Source of the DNA: Eledone cirrhosa
Lineage: Eukaryota
Assembly: GCA_964016885.1 (NCBI GenBank)
Contig: OZ024742.1
Location: 135,098,001-135,162,000, forward strand
Direction: 5' to 3'
Length of the DNA: 64,000 nucleotides
How positions within the stretch are numbered: position 1 is the first letter of the stretch; each line of letters begins with the position of its first letter. Below are positions 27,720 through 41,053 of the stretch, in pieces. A model generated the notes under the pieces. That model ran no database searches. It worked only from the letters and a program-made list of their open reading frames with translations, and was not told where the DNA came from. The position numbers were made by a program, and so were the translations under genes.

Positions 27720-28380
27720 GGATTGTTTGTTGTTTAAAAAACGTTATTTGGCTTTAGCGGCACAAAGATCACAAGGTCTTTTATTTCCGTTATATGATCT
27801 ACCTTTAAGATCTTCTAGTGTAACTTCTTTTGTATTTGATAGAGTTTTAAACTCCAGATAAAGGGCGAAAGTTAAATCATATTCTTTCGTAAAGCTTTTC
27901 GACATGAATGAGTGTGCCTGTATAGACGTTACATTAGGTTTTGTTGCGGCCACTACCGTATTATATAGTGGGCTATACCATATAATACATCCAGAATTAT
28001 TTTTCATAGTTTTCTTTTTGCTCGTACTTATTGTATTGTATCTTATCTAGAAATCCGCTCCAAGCTAGAGTTTCATTGCAATATGTGACTTGATCTGTCA
28101 ATATATGCTCGTTAGCTGATAAACCATAAAGCTTCAATGAACGTTTTTGACCAGATTTTTAGTTATATTGGCTGGATTGTTAGTATGCGTAGTAATATAA
28201 TTTAACGTATCATTAGGTTTTTATTCGGTTAGTACATATTGAATGCCATATCAAAGACTTTCACCGCGGATAGATAGGCGTCAACTTCAAGGGAAATGTC
28301 GACACCTTGAAAGAAAATGATAATCCCTTTTATAAGCCTTTCAATAGGTCGGGATCTACACTTAGCCATAGATAAATACC
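27720..28380 (-). pseudogene. Highly decayed, internally deleted PLE RT-thumb/EN remnant
   Basis: ORF 27744-28007 has IIWYSPLYN and SYNGNKRPCDLC. Upstream is KPNDTLNYI...NNP, resembling KPN..L.YIN..SNHP. Confidence 0.6.
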
Positions 28381-28388
28381 ATCTTCAC

Positions 28389-28454
<66 letters not shown>

Positions 28455-28633
28455 AATATTTACTATAAAGCTGACGGCCTTATTTAGGTAACAAACTTTC
28501 CGCCAAATGGCTGGACCAAACAGCACCAAATTTGCACCATAGATGTAACATTTTCCAAGTAAAAAAATGAGGGTATTTTTGTCTCCTGAATTTTGTTAAA
28601 AGATTAAAGACATTATTTAAATTTTCACAATAG

Positions 28634-28820
28634 GGCGGTGAATTGTCAGTATCGGTAGAGGGTTGGACGCCATGCTTTCCAGCATAATTACGTCCCTTTA
28701 CAGTCTGAGTTCAAATCCCGCTGAGGTTAACTTTACCTTTCATCCTTACGGGGTCAATAAAATAAAGTACCAGTAATGTACTGGGTATTTGCTGGCCTTG
28801 TGCCTAAAGTAGAAACAATT
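28634..28820 (+). mobile_element. tRNA-derived SINE
   Basis: Same family. TSD ATTATTTAAAT(T/A)TTCAC. Confidence 0.9.
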
Positions 28821-29055
28821 ATTTAAATATTCACTTCTTTAACATTTCAGATGTCAACACTTCCGGTTAAACGTCATTCCTCGCTTTTTCTTATAACGTC
28901 GCACATCATTCCCCTCTTTTTCTTAGCCTGTATTTTTAGATAGATATATAGCTATAACGTAGCTCCCTTATAATATGTCTCTGTATGTCTGGTTGTCTGC
29001 ATTAGATGACGTTTTTAGAAATATTTACTTCTGCGTTCACAGACTGATTTTTTTT

Positions 29056-29106
29056 AGTTTCAGATGATCCCGTTAAGGGTGAAAGCAGCAATTCTTTGCT
29101 TAAACT
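29056..29106 (+). ncRNA. Family J hammerhead-like motif, CAGATGA core
   Basis: AGTTT-CAGATGA-tCCC-gttaa-GGGt-GAAA-GCA..TGC-TT-AAACT. Confidence 0.65.
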
Positions 29107-30106
29107 TTAATCTGTTATTTTAATATATATATTCGTGTACAGATAATTTTGCATACACAAAAACAAAAACCTATTTATTTCACGAAAGCACAGGCGGCTT
29201 ATCGTCATTGTTACTGTTCGAGGTTAGAGGACCACATTCTCTACCAAGATCTGAGAACCATCAATGGCCATCAATGTTCCACTTATCGTTTGGCTTATAG
29301 ATGCGTGATATGTTACACGATGACAGCCATTGGCACCTCACCCTGCAAGAAGCACCAACTGCTAAAGTCCCTTCTCAGCTGCGAAAACGTTTTGCAATTA
29401 TGCTGCACAACTGAGATCTCGCCGACCCTCTTGCAATGTGGATCATCCACCGCAAAAGTCTAGCTGAGGACATCCTCCACCGCACACGCAGACACAATCC
29501 GCACGTAACATCCGATGTTGTTTTCAATGAGGCGCTTATTTGTCTTGAAATCAGTGTCCTGGAGATTGGTGGTAGGCCTCTAAGTCATTACAGCTTACCT
29601 GCTCCTGACAGGAGTGTACAGAGGTCAACGTCTACAGAGCTTCCACGCGAGACGAGCTACGATATCAGTGATTCTCCCATGGTCAATTGTGTGTAGGATG
29701 CAGTAGAGTGAGCTCGCGAAACAATCTCTTCATCTTTGCCCCGGAGGGCCGAACAAAAAATATTGTATACTCTGATGTTCTATCAATGTAAGTTAAATAT
29801 TTTCTGTTACTTGGAATATCCTTTATGGTTGTACAAATTATTGTTTGTTAAAAAATGCGTTCTCTGTTCAGCCTTTATTGACGTAACTATCAATTTACTT
29901 TAACGTACTGGCTGCTGAACTGGGCAATCCTAAAAACTATTCAAACCCTACGTCAGAGCACGTTAACCCCAACCACCCACCCTATACCACCCTAGCCTCG
30001 CTGACTTGAAAGGGCGTCCGGTTTCTTTGCACTGGAGTGTAAGGGGGTATTCCTGAAGAGATAAAAGTCTGGTATAACTAGCCGGGAGTCAGCTCGACGA
30101 GCCATT

Positions 30107-30159
<53 letters not shown>

Positions 30160-30216
30160 GTAGTTACACAACAGTTAGTTCACCATACCGAAAACAATCG
30201 TTTCACTTTAGCGGAT

Positions 30217-30300
<84 letters not shown>

Positions 30301-31039
30301 CGTGTGTGTGTGTGTGTGAGAGAGAGAGAGTGTGTGTGTGTGCGCGTGTGTGTTTATGTATGTGTATGTTTATATGAATGCATATGCGCATATATCTATA
30401 TGCATGCATGTCTGTATATGCGAGTATATGTTTATATATGTTTATATATGCGAGTAGACATGTATGTGTACGTACAAGTACGTTTGCATATGTGCGTATA
30501 TATGTATACGTGTATGTATGATTTTCATACGCTATATTTTCGTTAACGTATGCATCCACACCTGTCAGCGCATACTTATGTATGAGCCTAAACCCGAAAA
30601 CATTGCTATTAATGTTTTCATTGATATTAATTTTTTTACTATTATGTATACCTTCAATATTTACATTTTTAATCATTTTACTACTATCAATATCATCTTC
30701 CATATCCGGTATCTGGATATTATTCGGCTATCCTAAATATGTTATTAATCACGTGATGTTTTTTCACAGTAAGAATTTGTTCTTTTCATTCTACATGATG
30801 ACGTAATTATCCTTCCATACTTTTCGCTTATCTCAGCAAAACGTCCCCACGGCCTACCCTTATGCCTCCCTGATAAATAAAGGCAATATTTGGTAGTAAT
30901 TCTTTGGAAATATCTTCTTCTGCCTTTACGGGTAGATTTTTCTCAGATCAAGCTAATTCCACTTAGGGTGAAAGCAGAAATTCATTGCTTAAACTTTTAA
31001 TCTGTACTAATATATATGTATGTACGAATATATATATGC

Positions 31040-31139
<100 letters not shown>

Positions 31140-33048
31140 ATAAAGTGGATAACAAACCAGGGTTCTTCAGATTGTGATTTCAACAAAGTAAACATAGTTA
31201 AACGTAATAAAAAAAAGTAATCTCTATTGTGAAATTCTAGGAATGTTTTTACTGCAAAGTTAAATATTAAGTCCGCAATAAATGGAAGCAGTTTAGTATG
31301 TAATCACAATTCGCCATATATAGGTTCGCTTGTAATGCTCTACAGTATCATATATACGTTTGTATTGCACAGATTATTAGTTTCGGAGACTAATATATTT
31401 AAGTAGGTCTTTGATTCTTTTTATTATTGTGTTATATTATATTCATTTTTTTATTTATTTATCATGAAATTGAATTTCCTTCCAAATTTTAATCGTCTCC
31501 AATGAAAATGTCCTTTTACTTTTTTAAACTCCCTATACCCTCTCATTCATTTATCCGACAATGCATCCCACTCAATGTTTCTTTTTATCCAATTCACATC
31601 GTTCTTTGGATTATTCTGTAGGTTTATATAAATGTCATTTTACTTGATATATCGCTTAGTTACGTTATTTTCTAAAATGTATTTTCTATAATGGTAATTA
31701 TTTATAACATAGATTTATGTATTCTTTCCTTTCTTTGTGTGTTTCCTCATTTTTCGTTTTATTGTTTTCTGAATTTTAATATTTGATTTTTTTTTTCTGT
31801 AATAGATTTAACTTCTGCACATATATCGCATTTTTGTGCATTTCTAATTTCTCTATGCTGAAATTCTCTAATATTTTACATGCTTTCTTCGTTTATTATA
31901 TTATTTCGTTCTTGTCGCTTTTCTTTCGTTTATTTCTTTCTTTCAATCTTTCACATATATTTATATTTATCATGCCTTTTTTTAATATTTTTTTTTTATT
32001 TTAATCATCATCATTTTCACATTTTTCATTTCATAACTTGACTTTGTGTACCTCCCTCTTCCATTCTCCCCCCATCTTTTCCCCTAATACACATATTTGC
32101 CTTTTTGCATGTTTGTATTCTGTTGCAATTTTTCATTGTCCAAAAAATGTTGTGTGTTTTTCTTCATCACCATTCTACGTCCTCCGATAATTCCATTAAT
32201 TTTTATTCCTTTTTTTACTTAAATAATTTGTTCTCACTTGTTTTTTTAATCTTATATTATTATATTTCCACTTACTCTTTCCTGTTTCCTGCTTTGTATA
32301 TTTTCAAAAAAATAAATGACATCCATGATTATTTTTACATGCTTTAATAATTTTCTAAAAATTTCGTCATATTTTCATTTTTCGTATGTATAATGAGGAT
32401 TTTGTTTTTGGTCGCTGAAAGATTGGCCAACATAACTTATTTAGAATTGCCTAAAAATAGAATTTACCTATTCGACGGACGTGTGTGCAAACAAAAATGA
32501 GATGAATTAATAATTTGATTCCTTGATAGCGCGACTCGCAATAGAATCCTTCGGTTATTGCCATTAATGTGAAAAGAAAATAATATCTTCTATGTTGCAC
32601 ATATGGCAAATAGATTGAAGAGGTTTCATATTATTTATTGGTAGTGCTTACAATGTTCGCAATGTCATTCCCGCCAGAAAATCCTTAACTTACTTGGTGA
32701 ATGTAAGTACTATACGAAGATTCATTTTAAAAAATCAGAGAAACACGTACAAGGCCTTCCAACTTATCAAAATATCAACGAGATTGCGCCTCGCTAAACA
32801 CTCTCATATTATCTAATGATACTTTCTCCAGTGGGACAGAGGACTGTACAAAAATGGGATGGATTACAATTGTTTTTGCCCTCCAAGGGCCCAGATGTGG
32901 ATATCCCCAACGATGACCGTGTTTTGCTATAAGACTTAATTCAACCGAGAGCGTCATCAGGTGTTATTTCTGTACAAACAATTGTATTACTTAAACCCTA
33001 GCAACACTGGGTACCTGACGTAGTATATATATATATATATATATATAT

Positions 33049-33423
<375 letters not shown>

Positions 33424-33424
33424 C

Positions 33425-33480
<56 letters not shown>

Positions 33481-34368
33481 TGTGTACACATATAACTCAA
33501 AACATACAGATCCACACGTGCATCAACATCCAAACCTGCACATGCGGTCGTACAAATACATACAGGCAAACATCCTTATTTACCAAGATGGTGTTTAAAT
33601 TCTTAGAAATTTCTTAGAAGCCGATTCACTCACCGTCTCACCCTTTCAATCTCTCTCAATTGCTGAAATATTTTGAAAAAAAAACAAACGAATATACATA
33701 CATTCAGACGTGAATGCATATGGATATATATCTGTACATATATAAAGACGAATTTTTCTGTACGTGTATTTATGTGTGTGGACAATTGTTAATGAGGCCT
33801 CATATATTCTAAACCATTCATGCAATTTCTTTGAAATTTATTACAGAGCTTCTACTTGCGCAAAACTTGTACATGATCTACAAAGGCTTTCAAAAATCGG
33901 TATTGGGCGTTTTATACTTAAAACAAAATGTTCGCTTCCTTGAGACTAACAATATCATTTTGGATATTTCACAACCAGCAATTTCTAACCTATTACTAAG
34001 TTAAGTTATAGATTTGACATTGTATAATTTATCGTGTCAAGCTTGATGTTCATACATTAAGTGATGTCATAACTTTTACAATATTATGCTTTGTACATAA
34101 TAGTGTCTATTATTCACTTCACTTCTCTATTTCATGATGCGCTTTTGATATTGTAAAAAAAAATTATACCTAGACTGGATTTCTGTTGTTACATGGTATA
34201 ACGGATGACACCGAGCTCACATATTAATTATTTCGCTGGAATAGTGCCTAAGGTTTTCATGTTTACATAACTACGTTTTTCTTCTATGTATTCAAATTTA
34301 CATTGATTAGTTTAATGAGGTAAGTTGAAAGCTACTTCAACCGTCCAAAGGACGGGTAGTTTAGCTAG

Positions 34369-34399
<31 letters not shown>

Positions 34400-34507
34400 G
34401 TGTGTGTATGTGTGTGTGTGTGTGTGTGAGTGTGTTTGTGTGTGTATATATATATGTATTGGGTTGTAGAATAAATTCGCGCCGTTGTCATCATTTATGT
34501 TACAACC

Positions 34508-34576
<69 letters not shown>

Positions 34577-34966
34577 GGTGTTAAAGTTTGCTTGAAGCAT
34601 TGTGATATGTGTAAAATATGTAATTTAGAAAGCCACAACAATGCAGAGGGAAATCTCGAGGTAGGAAGTGAATGATAGATAGGAGAATAGGATAAAGTGA
34701 AAATTGAGAGAGACAAAGATGAAAACAAAACAAAGGTAAAAGGGTTACCATAGTGGAGATTTAATCCCAATATTTCGGGCTCACGCCCATCAACGGGGGA
34801 AAAGTTCCAAAAGGGGGGGAACAGGCTAGGCGGAGAAAGTTGTGATGTCGTTAAAACAGGAATGCCGTTATGGGGAGAAAAATTATTTTAAATTTAAATG
34901 AGGGAAAGAATGCGCGTGCGCGTGATAGGCTGTGGCAAAAGCTACTGACCAAATGGGTTAAATCAA

Positions 34967-35242
34967 TATAAGATTCAATGCGATAAATGTAACAAGTTTT
35001 ACATAGGTAGCACCATCCGACCCCTACATGTTCGTATCAAGGAACATATCAACACCAACGCATCTTTCTTCCGTAAACACATCCTTAAATGCAGAAACCC
35101 ACAGGGTAGACCCTTGGTCACAGTCCTAGCGACTGAACGCAGCATCGGATCCTTAAGGATAAAGGAAGCACTTGTTATTAAGAACCTCAGACACCCACTT
35201 AACAACCGGGCTGAGAGAATAGAGCTGACATGGCTAACTTAA
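34967..35242 (+). pseudogene. Stop-free GIY-YIG endonuclease fragment missed by the ORF track
   Basis: YKIQCDKCNKFYIGSTIRPLHVRIKEHINTNASFFRKHILKC...LRIKEALVIKNLRHPLNNRAE...*, 91 codons, no start Met. Confidence 0.88.
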
Positions 35243-35850
35243 CCATAGTGACCTTTCACAGCCCTTACGGCCTGCTATTTTCACACACACGCACGTATAT
35301 GCATACCCATACGCATACACACACACATCTATATTTATACACGCACACATGTTTTTACAACCTACCACCTTTCACACCCTTTGATTTCCAGCTTCTACAG
35401 CCCACTATCTTTCACACACACACGCACTCACACATATACACACACAGTTACACACACATGTATACCCATACGCTTACACACACACACATCTATATTTATA
35501 CACGCACACATGTTTTACAACCTACCACCTTTCACACCCTTTGATTTCCAGCTTCTACAGCCCACTATCTTTCACACACACACACACTCACACATATACA
35601 CACTTACACATATACACACACAGTTACACACACATATATATTTACACACACATATTTTACGGCTTTCACACGCTAGCGCACCCTCTGATTTAACCCATTT
35701 GGTCAGTAGCTTTTGCCACAGCCTATCACGCGCACGCGCATTCTTTCCCTCATTTAAATTTAAAATAATTTTTCTCCCCATAACGGCATTCCTGTTTTAA
35801 CGACATCACAACTTTCTCCGCCTAGCCTGTTCCCCCCCTTTTGGAACTTT

Positions 35851-35886
35851 TCCCCCGTTGATGGGCGTGAGCCCGAAATATTGGGA
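35851..35886 (+). ncRNA. Minimal hammerhead-like motif with an aberrant core (second copy 34765-34800, minus)
   Basis: TCCC-CCGTTGA-tGGGC-gtga-GCCC-GAAA-TA-TT-GGGA. Confidence 0.5.
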
Positions 35887-36032
35887 TTAAATTTCCACTA
35901 CGGTAACCCTTCTACCTTTGTTTTGTTTTCATCTTTGTCTCTCTCAATTTTCACTTTATCCTATTCTCCTATCTATCATTCACTTCCTACCTCGAGATTT
36001 CCCTCTGCATTGTTGTGGCTTTCTAAATTACG

Positions 36033-36100
<68 letters not shown>

Positions 36101-36105
<5 letters not shown>

Positions 36106-36291
36106 AAAAGAATCAGGACCCCGACGGCTGAGTTCCGAACGTTTGGACATCTAGATCTGAGCTGTTGGGATCTAGCTGTCGATAGGGTCTGAGCTCAGCC
36201 GTCGGAGTCCTGACGCTTTTCCTATTACCCACTCTACTAATATTTGATTATTCTGGTGCGTTATAGTCCACATAGTATCTTACTAAACCCT

Positions 36292-36295
<4 letters not shown>
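36101..36295 (+). mobile_element. Fold-back mini-PLE, family A subfamily 2
   Basis: Tail homologous to 8745-8846. Spacer shared with 40213-40414. Confidence 0.75.
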
Positions 36296-36327
<32 letters not shown>

Positions 36328-36329
<2 letters not shown>

Positions 36330-36696
36330 AGATTCTTTATCTGAAAACGTGTGTTGAAACCGATATTGTTATCCTTTGGGAGGGTCATGTTGCCAATAAG
36401 AAACACACGCACCAGTTACTTTCACTTCAATTTATTATAATAAATTTATAAATTTAGGAATTTATAAATTTCCAGTTGGTTGGTTGGTTCCACAAGCAGA
36501 TGGTTGTTTATATATTGTCACAGAATGTGTGACGAAGGAACTTTGCAAATATATAAACAACCATCTGGTTGTGGAACCAACCAACCAACCAACCGGAAAT
36601 TTATAATTTCCTAAATTTATGAATGTATTATAGTAAATTGAAGTGAAACATCTGGTGCGTGTGTTTCTTATTGGCAACATGACCCTCCCAGAGTAT

Positions 36697-36700
<4 letters not shown>
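36328..36700. repeat. Fold-back element (family F), ~140-bp arms, in (TA)n
   Basis: Arms about 36378-36517 and 36548-36689. A GAAAC..GTT motif is present but no clear hammerhead core. Confidence 0.7.
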
Positions 36701-36767
<67 letters not shown>

Positions 36768-36793
36768 GTATAAAAATCAATACAATATATTTA

Positions 36794-36863
36794 CCTCATT
36801 ACCAGAGGTTTCTCGAATGAGGCGAATACGAAAGAAACGCCTTCATTCGTTCGTCAGACGAGG
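36794..36863 (-). ncRNA. Type I hammerhead ribozyme at the PLE 3' end
   Basis: CCTCGT-CTGACGA-aCGAATGAAGGCG..CGCCTCATTCGa-GAAA-CC-tct-GG-TA-ATGAGG. Confidence 0.88.
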
Positions 36864-37899
36864 CAATATAAAACATGGGTAAATACTTGGTAAAGTCTCA
36901 TCAAGAAAAGCAAAAAAAAAATATAGACAAATGAAATACAATATGAAATATATAAAAATCTTTCAAGAAATATAGTTAGGTGTGTGTATATGTATGTATA
37001 TACGCTCACAGATGTGCATATATGTGTATGCACATATGTATACGTATAGTGAAAAAGTGTGCGTAAATATATAATTTAGGGCAAATGTATCTGTGTATCT
37101 GTAATCTACAGACAGAATAGATACATCATAAGAATATGAAGGCACGCGCATAAACACACCTACACACACGTACACTTATATGCGGAAGTAAAAGAGGTAA
37201 GGGAGTGTAATAATTAAAGGAAAGTATCAATCTCGATATATTTATAAAAATGGAACAAAAATTTAGAAAGAAAAAATTAAAGAAAAGAAGACAAACAAGG
37301 TACACGCATACACACACACGTATATCTAACAAAAGAAACGCAAAAGTATACATGCTTATATACACACGCACACTTACACATCCATACGTTCGATACTTAC
37401 ACACACGCACACACATACACACACACGCACACATACTTACACTCACGCATATTGACCTGTTTGCATGCACACGCATAAAAATGAGGATGTAAAAAAAGGG
37501 GAGAAGAAAAAAGAAACAAAACATAAAACCTAGATGTAAAAACACGGATATAAAGACACATACACATACATATATATATATACACGCACGCGCGCGCACA
37601 TAAGTAGGCGCTCATGTACATATATAGAAAGTATAAACACATTAAGGCGTTCAGACACATAGATACAGGGTGTAAAAAACTTGTGGATAAGTAAGTACAA
37701 ATATAAAATTGTAAGATTGGCTGCGCAAAAATAAAAAATAAAAATAAAATATATCTGGAGTGGAAAACGCAAGTGGCATGTATAATCAGTTAGTGAAGAA
37801 AATAGGGAAGTAAAAAATGGAAAGTGAAGATATTGGGTAAGTGAATCGGAGAATAAGGGGAGGGGTTATTGGTGGATGTGAAGTAAAAATAAAAAATAT

Positions 37900-38000
37900 A
37901 TAAAAATAAAAATAAAAATAAAAATAAAAATAAAAATAAAAATAAAAATAAAAATAAAAATAGAAATAAAAATAAAAATAAAAATAAAAATAAAAATAAA
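37900..38000 (+). repeat. (TAAAAA)n microsatellite inside the PLE 3' region
   Basis: Direct reading. Confidence 0.95.
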
Positions 38001-40024
38001 TGAAATTAATAATAAGGATAAAAATGAAAGTAAATCAGAAAGGGTAATTATAAAGAGAATAATAAGAGTTTATGGAGGATAAGTATCTGAAAGTGTGTTA
38101 AGTTTAGATGAGCTGGAAAGCAGGTATGATTTCATGTATGGGCAACTGGTGAAAATTTCCGTCTTTGTGTTCAGGCAGGTCTTTGGTGATTTAAGATTTT
38201 GCAAGATCCAATATTTTTCATTTATGCAGAGCGTTCATTTTCTTGTTCCTCTTGCATATTCTTTAGATTGGTTCAAAATTGACCAATCTAGTTTATATTG
38301 GATGCCTTGGTCTTTCAAATCCCAAATTCTGCTAGCCAGAGCTGTTGTAAATCTTTTTTCTGGATGTCGAAAGGATGCGACATGTGAGTAATAACGCGTT
38401 TTGAATTTGTCTTGAGTCATACCCACATATCGTTCACTGGTGGCTGGATGGTTGTTGCTGCTGGTTGTCACTTTAGCCGCATATACAATGGCTTTGGTGT
38501 TGCATTTACCTTGTAATGGGCATTCACTTTTGATTCTACAGGAGCAAGTTTGATTTTCTCTAGGTGATTTTTTGTTGATGATATAGGACTTAATAGGGGG
38601 ACCGCAGGAATAGTTAATTTTGACACAGTTTCTATGTGTTCTAGGGAAATGTTTATCTAGGAGCTCTAGGAATTGTTTGCCTACATTAGTTTTAACTGCT
38701 AGAGAGTAGGGGTGTGAAACAGATTATTTTTCTTTTCCTGTTTTTATGTTTAATAGAGTTAGTATAGTTGGGTATGTATTTAATCGCTATTTTGGAAGGC
38801 TTTATTATAGTAGGGGGATGCCTTATTAAAAATAGCTTCTGAGGAAGGAGGGTGGAGATCCTACGGCTAATATTAGGGATAAGGTTTTTAAAAAATTTAG
38901 GAGGATGGCAAGAGCCTTTATTTATATATATTAAGTTTTCATTAGGATTATTGTATGGTTTATAAGAAGCAGTGTGCAAATCTAGGTTTATATCTAGGAA
39001 ATCTACGTTGGAAAGGTGAGTGTCAATAGTAATTTTAAGATTAAAACTAGCGAAGGTTTTTATTAAGTCTTTCCTTAATCTATCTAAGTTGTGGCCTATG
39101 GTGGTATGGGAAAGTATTAGACCATCGTTGCGATAAAGCCCCAAAATATGGTTAGGAAATGTTTCTTTAAGTGTATGTAGGAGGAATAGGCCGACCAAAT
39201 CACAAACATCTGCACTGTCATAAGAGCCGATTGGGACATCGAATGGGCTCTCTGGGTTAGATATTTTTACCCAAGTGTCATTATCAGTAAAGAGTAGAGT
39301 GTTTCTAGCGTGCAAGATGACATTCTCTTCAATATCGGAGATATTAGTAAACCCTCTAGCGAAATTTAAAGCTTTCGCTAAAAGGGTCTGAGTGATAGAT
39401 AGGTAGAAATCTACAATGTCAAATTGGGTGAATCTAGAACTATTTTTATTTTTAATATTATTAAACCAATGTACTACGGAAGAGCTATTTATCGATTGGA
39501 GTAATTTAGACTTACTTCTAATGTGTGTATTTATATTATTTAAATTTTTTTTGCTGGCAAGACCAATATCAGTCTTAGCAGGGTTGATTAATCTACAACT
39601 AGGACGATTAATAAAGTCGGGTTTGTGATCTTTAAGGGTGATGTACCCATTACGTTTAGCAAGTTTTTCTGTCCTATTATCTATTTTTAAAGAAACAGCT
39701 AATTCTTTAGCTTCCTTATTTATATTATGGTACATATTTATATTAGCTATTTGGTATTTAGAGGTGATATTATCTATTAATAGTTGGTTGTGTAAATTAT
39801 TGTTAACTTCATATAGGTTTTTAGTTTTATCGGAGAAAAAGAACTTATTATTAGAAGATTTGAATGTTGAAATATCATTAGATAGGTTAGATTGAAAAGG
39901 GTTAGAGTACTTACGAAAATTGATATTGTTGATTAGGTTAACTAGGTCTAATTCAAAGGCGGTCATATCTTTTACTCTTTGCGGGGATTTATGAGTTTTG
40001 ATGTCAAAATATTCCGTAGAATCC

Positions 40025-40113
<89 letters not shown>

Positions 40114-40114
40114 G

Positions 40115-40186
40115 GATTGTAGCATAAATTCCCGCCGTTGTCATAATTTGTTAGTTTTAAATAACGGCCGGAATTTATGTTACAAC
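40115..40186. repeat. Short hairpin element (related copy at 34461-34508)
   Basis: TTGTAGCATAAATTCC..GCCGTT / AACGGC..GGAATTTATGTTACAA, between microsatellites. Confidence 0.65.
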
Positions 40187-40212
40187 ATAATATATATATA
40201 TATATATATATA

Positions 40213-40410
40213 TAGGGAAATAGGAAAAAAGTCAGGATCCCGACGACTGAGTTCCGTCCGTTTCGGCTGGTAGATCCGATCTATTGGGATCTAGCTGTCG
40301 ATAGAGTCTGAGCTCAGCCGTCGGGGTCCTGACACATTTCCTGTTACCCGCTCTACTAATATTTGATTACTCTGGTGCGTTATAGTCCACCTAGCATCTT
40401 ACCAGGCACT

Positions 40411-40414
<4 letters not shown>
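40213..40414 (+). mobile_element. Fold-back mini-PLE, family A subfamily 2
   Basis: Colinear with 36101-36295, including the spacer. Confidence 0.75.
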
Positions 40415-40483
<69 letters not shown>

Positions 40484-40595
40484 TAAGAGTAATTCCAACT
40501 TTGTCTGATTTACTCGTTTTATTTACAATCCTTTAAAATGTATAATGGTATTATAATGAAATAGTATGCTAGAATATTAAATGTTAAGTGTTAAT

Positions 40596-40634
40596 TGAAC
40601 AAGTTCTTTCATGCTTTCGCAATCTTCAGGTTCA
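40596..40634 (-). ncRNA. Minimal type I hammerhead ribozyme
   Basis: TGAAC-CTGAAGA-tTGC-gaaa-GCAt-GAAA-G-aa-C-TT-GTTCA. Confidence 0.82.
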
Positions 40635-40807
40635 TCATGGGTGGTGACAGTCAAGTTTGCAATTTTCAACTGTATATATGTATATATATATAACTATATA
40701 TATGTAACTATATATATGTATATATATATATCTATATCTATCTATCTACATACATATATATAGATAGATATGGATTTAGATATATATACATATATATAGT
40801 TATATAT

Positions 40808-40853
<46 letters not shown>

Positions 40854-41008
40854 TGGTTGACCATTATACTAATGTGCACAGACACACAGATATATTGTCC
40901 TTGGTATGACAGTGTGGTTTTAGCTCAATGTAGGATAACTAGTATTCTACACAGCCGTTATAATTTTAGGAATAACCAAAGAGTGCTTAGAAATACATTA
41001 TTTTATTT

Positions 41009-41053
41009 GCTAACAGTGTTTCATCCATAACCTAGGGCAGGAATCATCAGAGC
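41009..41053 (-). ncRNA. Minimal type I hammerhead ribozyme
   Basis: GCT-CTGATGA-tTCC..GGAt-GAAA-CACTG-TT-AGC. Confidence 0.78.

Larger units (their letters stand above)
28460..30110 (+). mobile_element. Internally deleted Helitron (ends approximate) with nested SINE and family J pLTR
   Basis: 29190-29660 translates to LLLFEVRGP..DLRTING...LHDDSHW..TLQEA...PSQLR..FA...DP.AMW...LAEDI. This is fused at about 29675 to SHGQL.VGCSRVSSRNNLFIFAPEGRTKNIVYSDVL, a Pif1-helicase C-terminus. Confidence 0.75.
34574..36039 (+). mobile_element. 5'-truncated PLE (CxxC-type GIY-YIG) with a 0.35-kb inverted pLTR
   Basis: Arms 34612-34965 and 35686-36039, ~160-bp tandem duplication at about 35300-35620, (TA)n flanks. 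Confidence 0.85.
36770..40026 (-). mobile_element. Near-full-length Hydra-clade-like PLE
   Basis: RT ORF 38692-40025 (SDKTKNLY, TLKDHKPDF..CRLINPAKTDIG, FTQFDIVDFY, GLYRNDGL, FLDINLDL). EN about 38130-38560 (CSCRIKSECPLQGKC, IVY, RYVGMT). Long 3' region ending at (TA)n. Confidence 0.9.
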
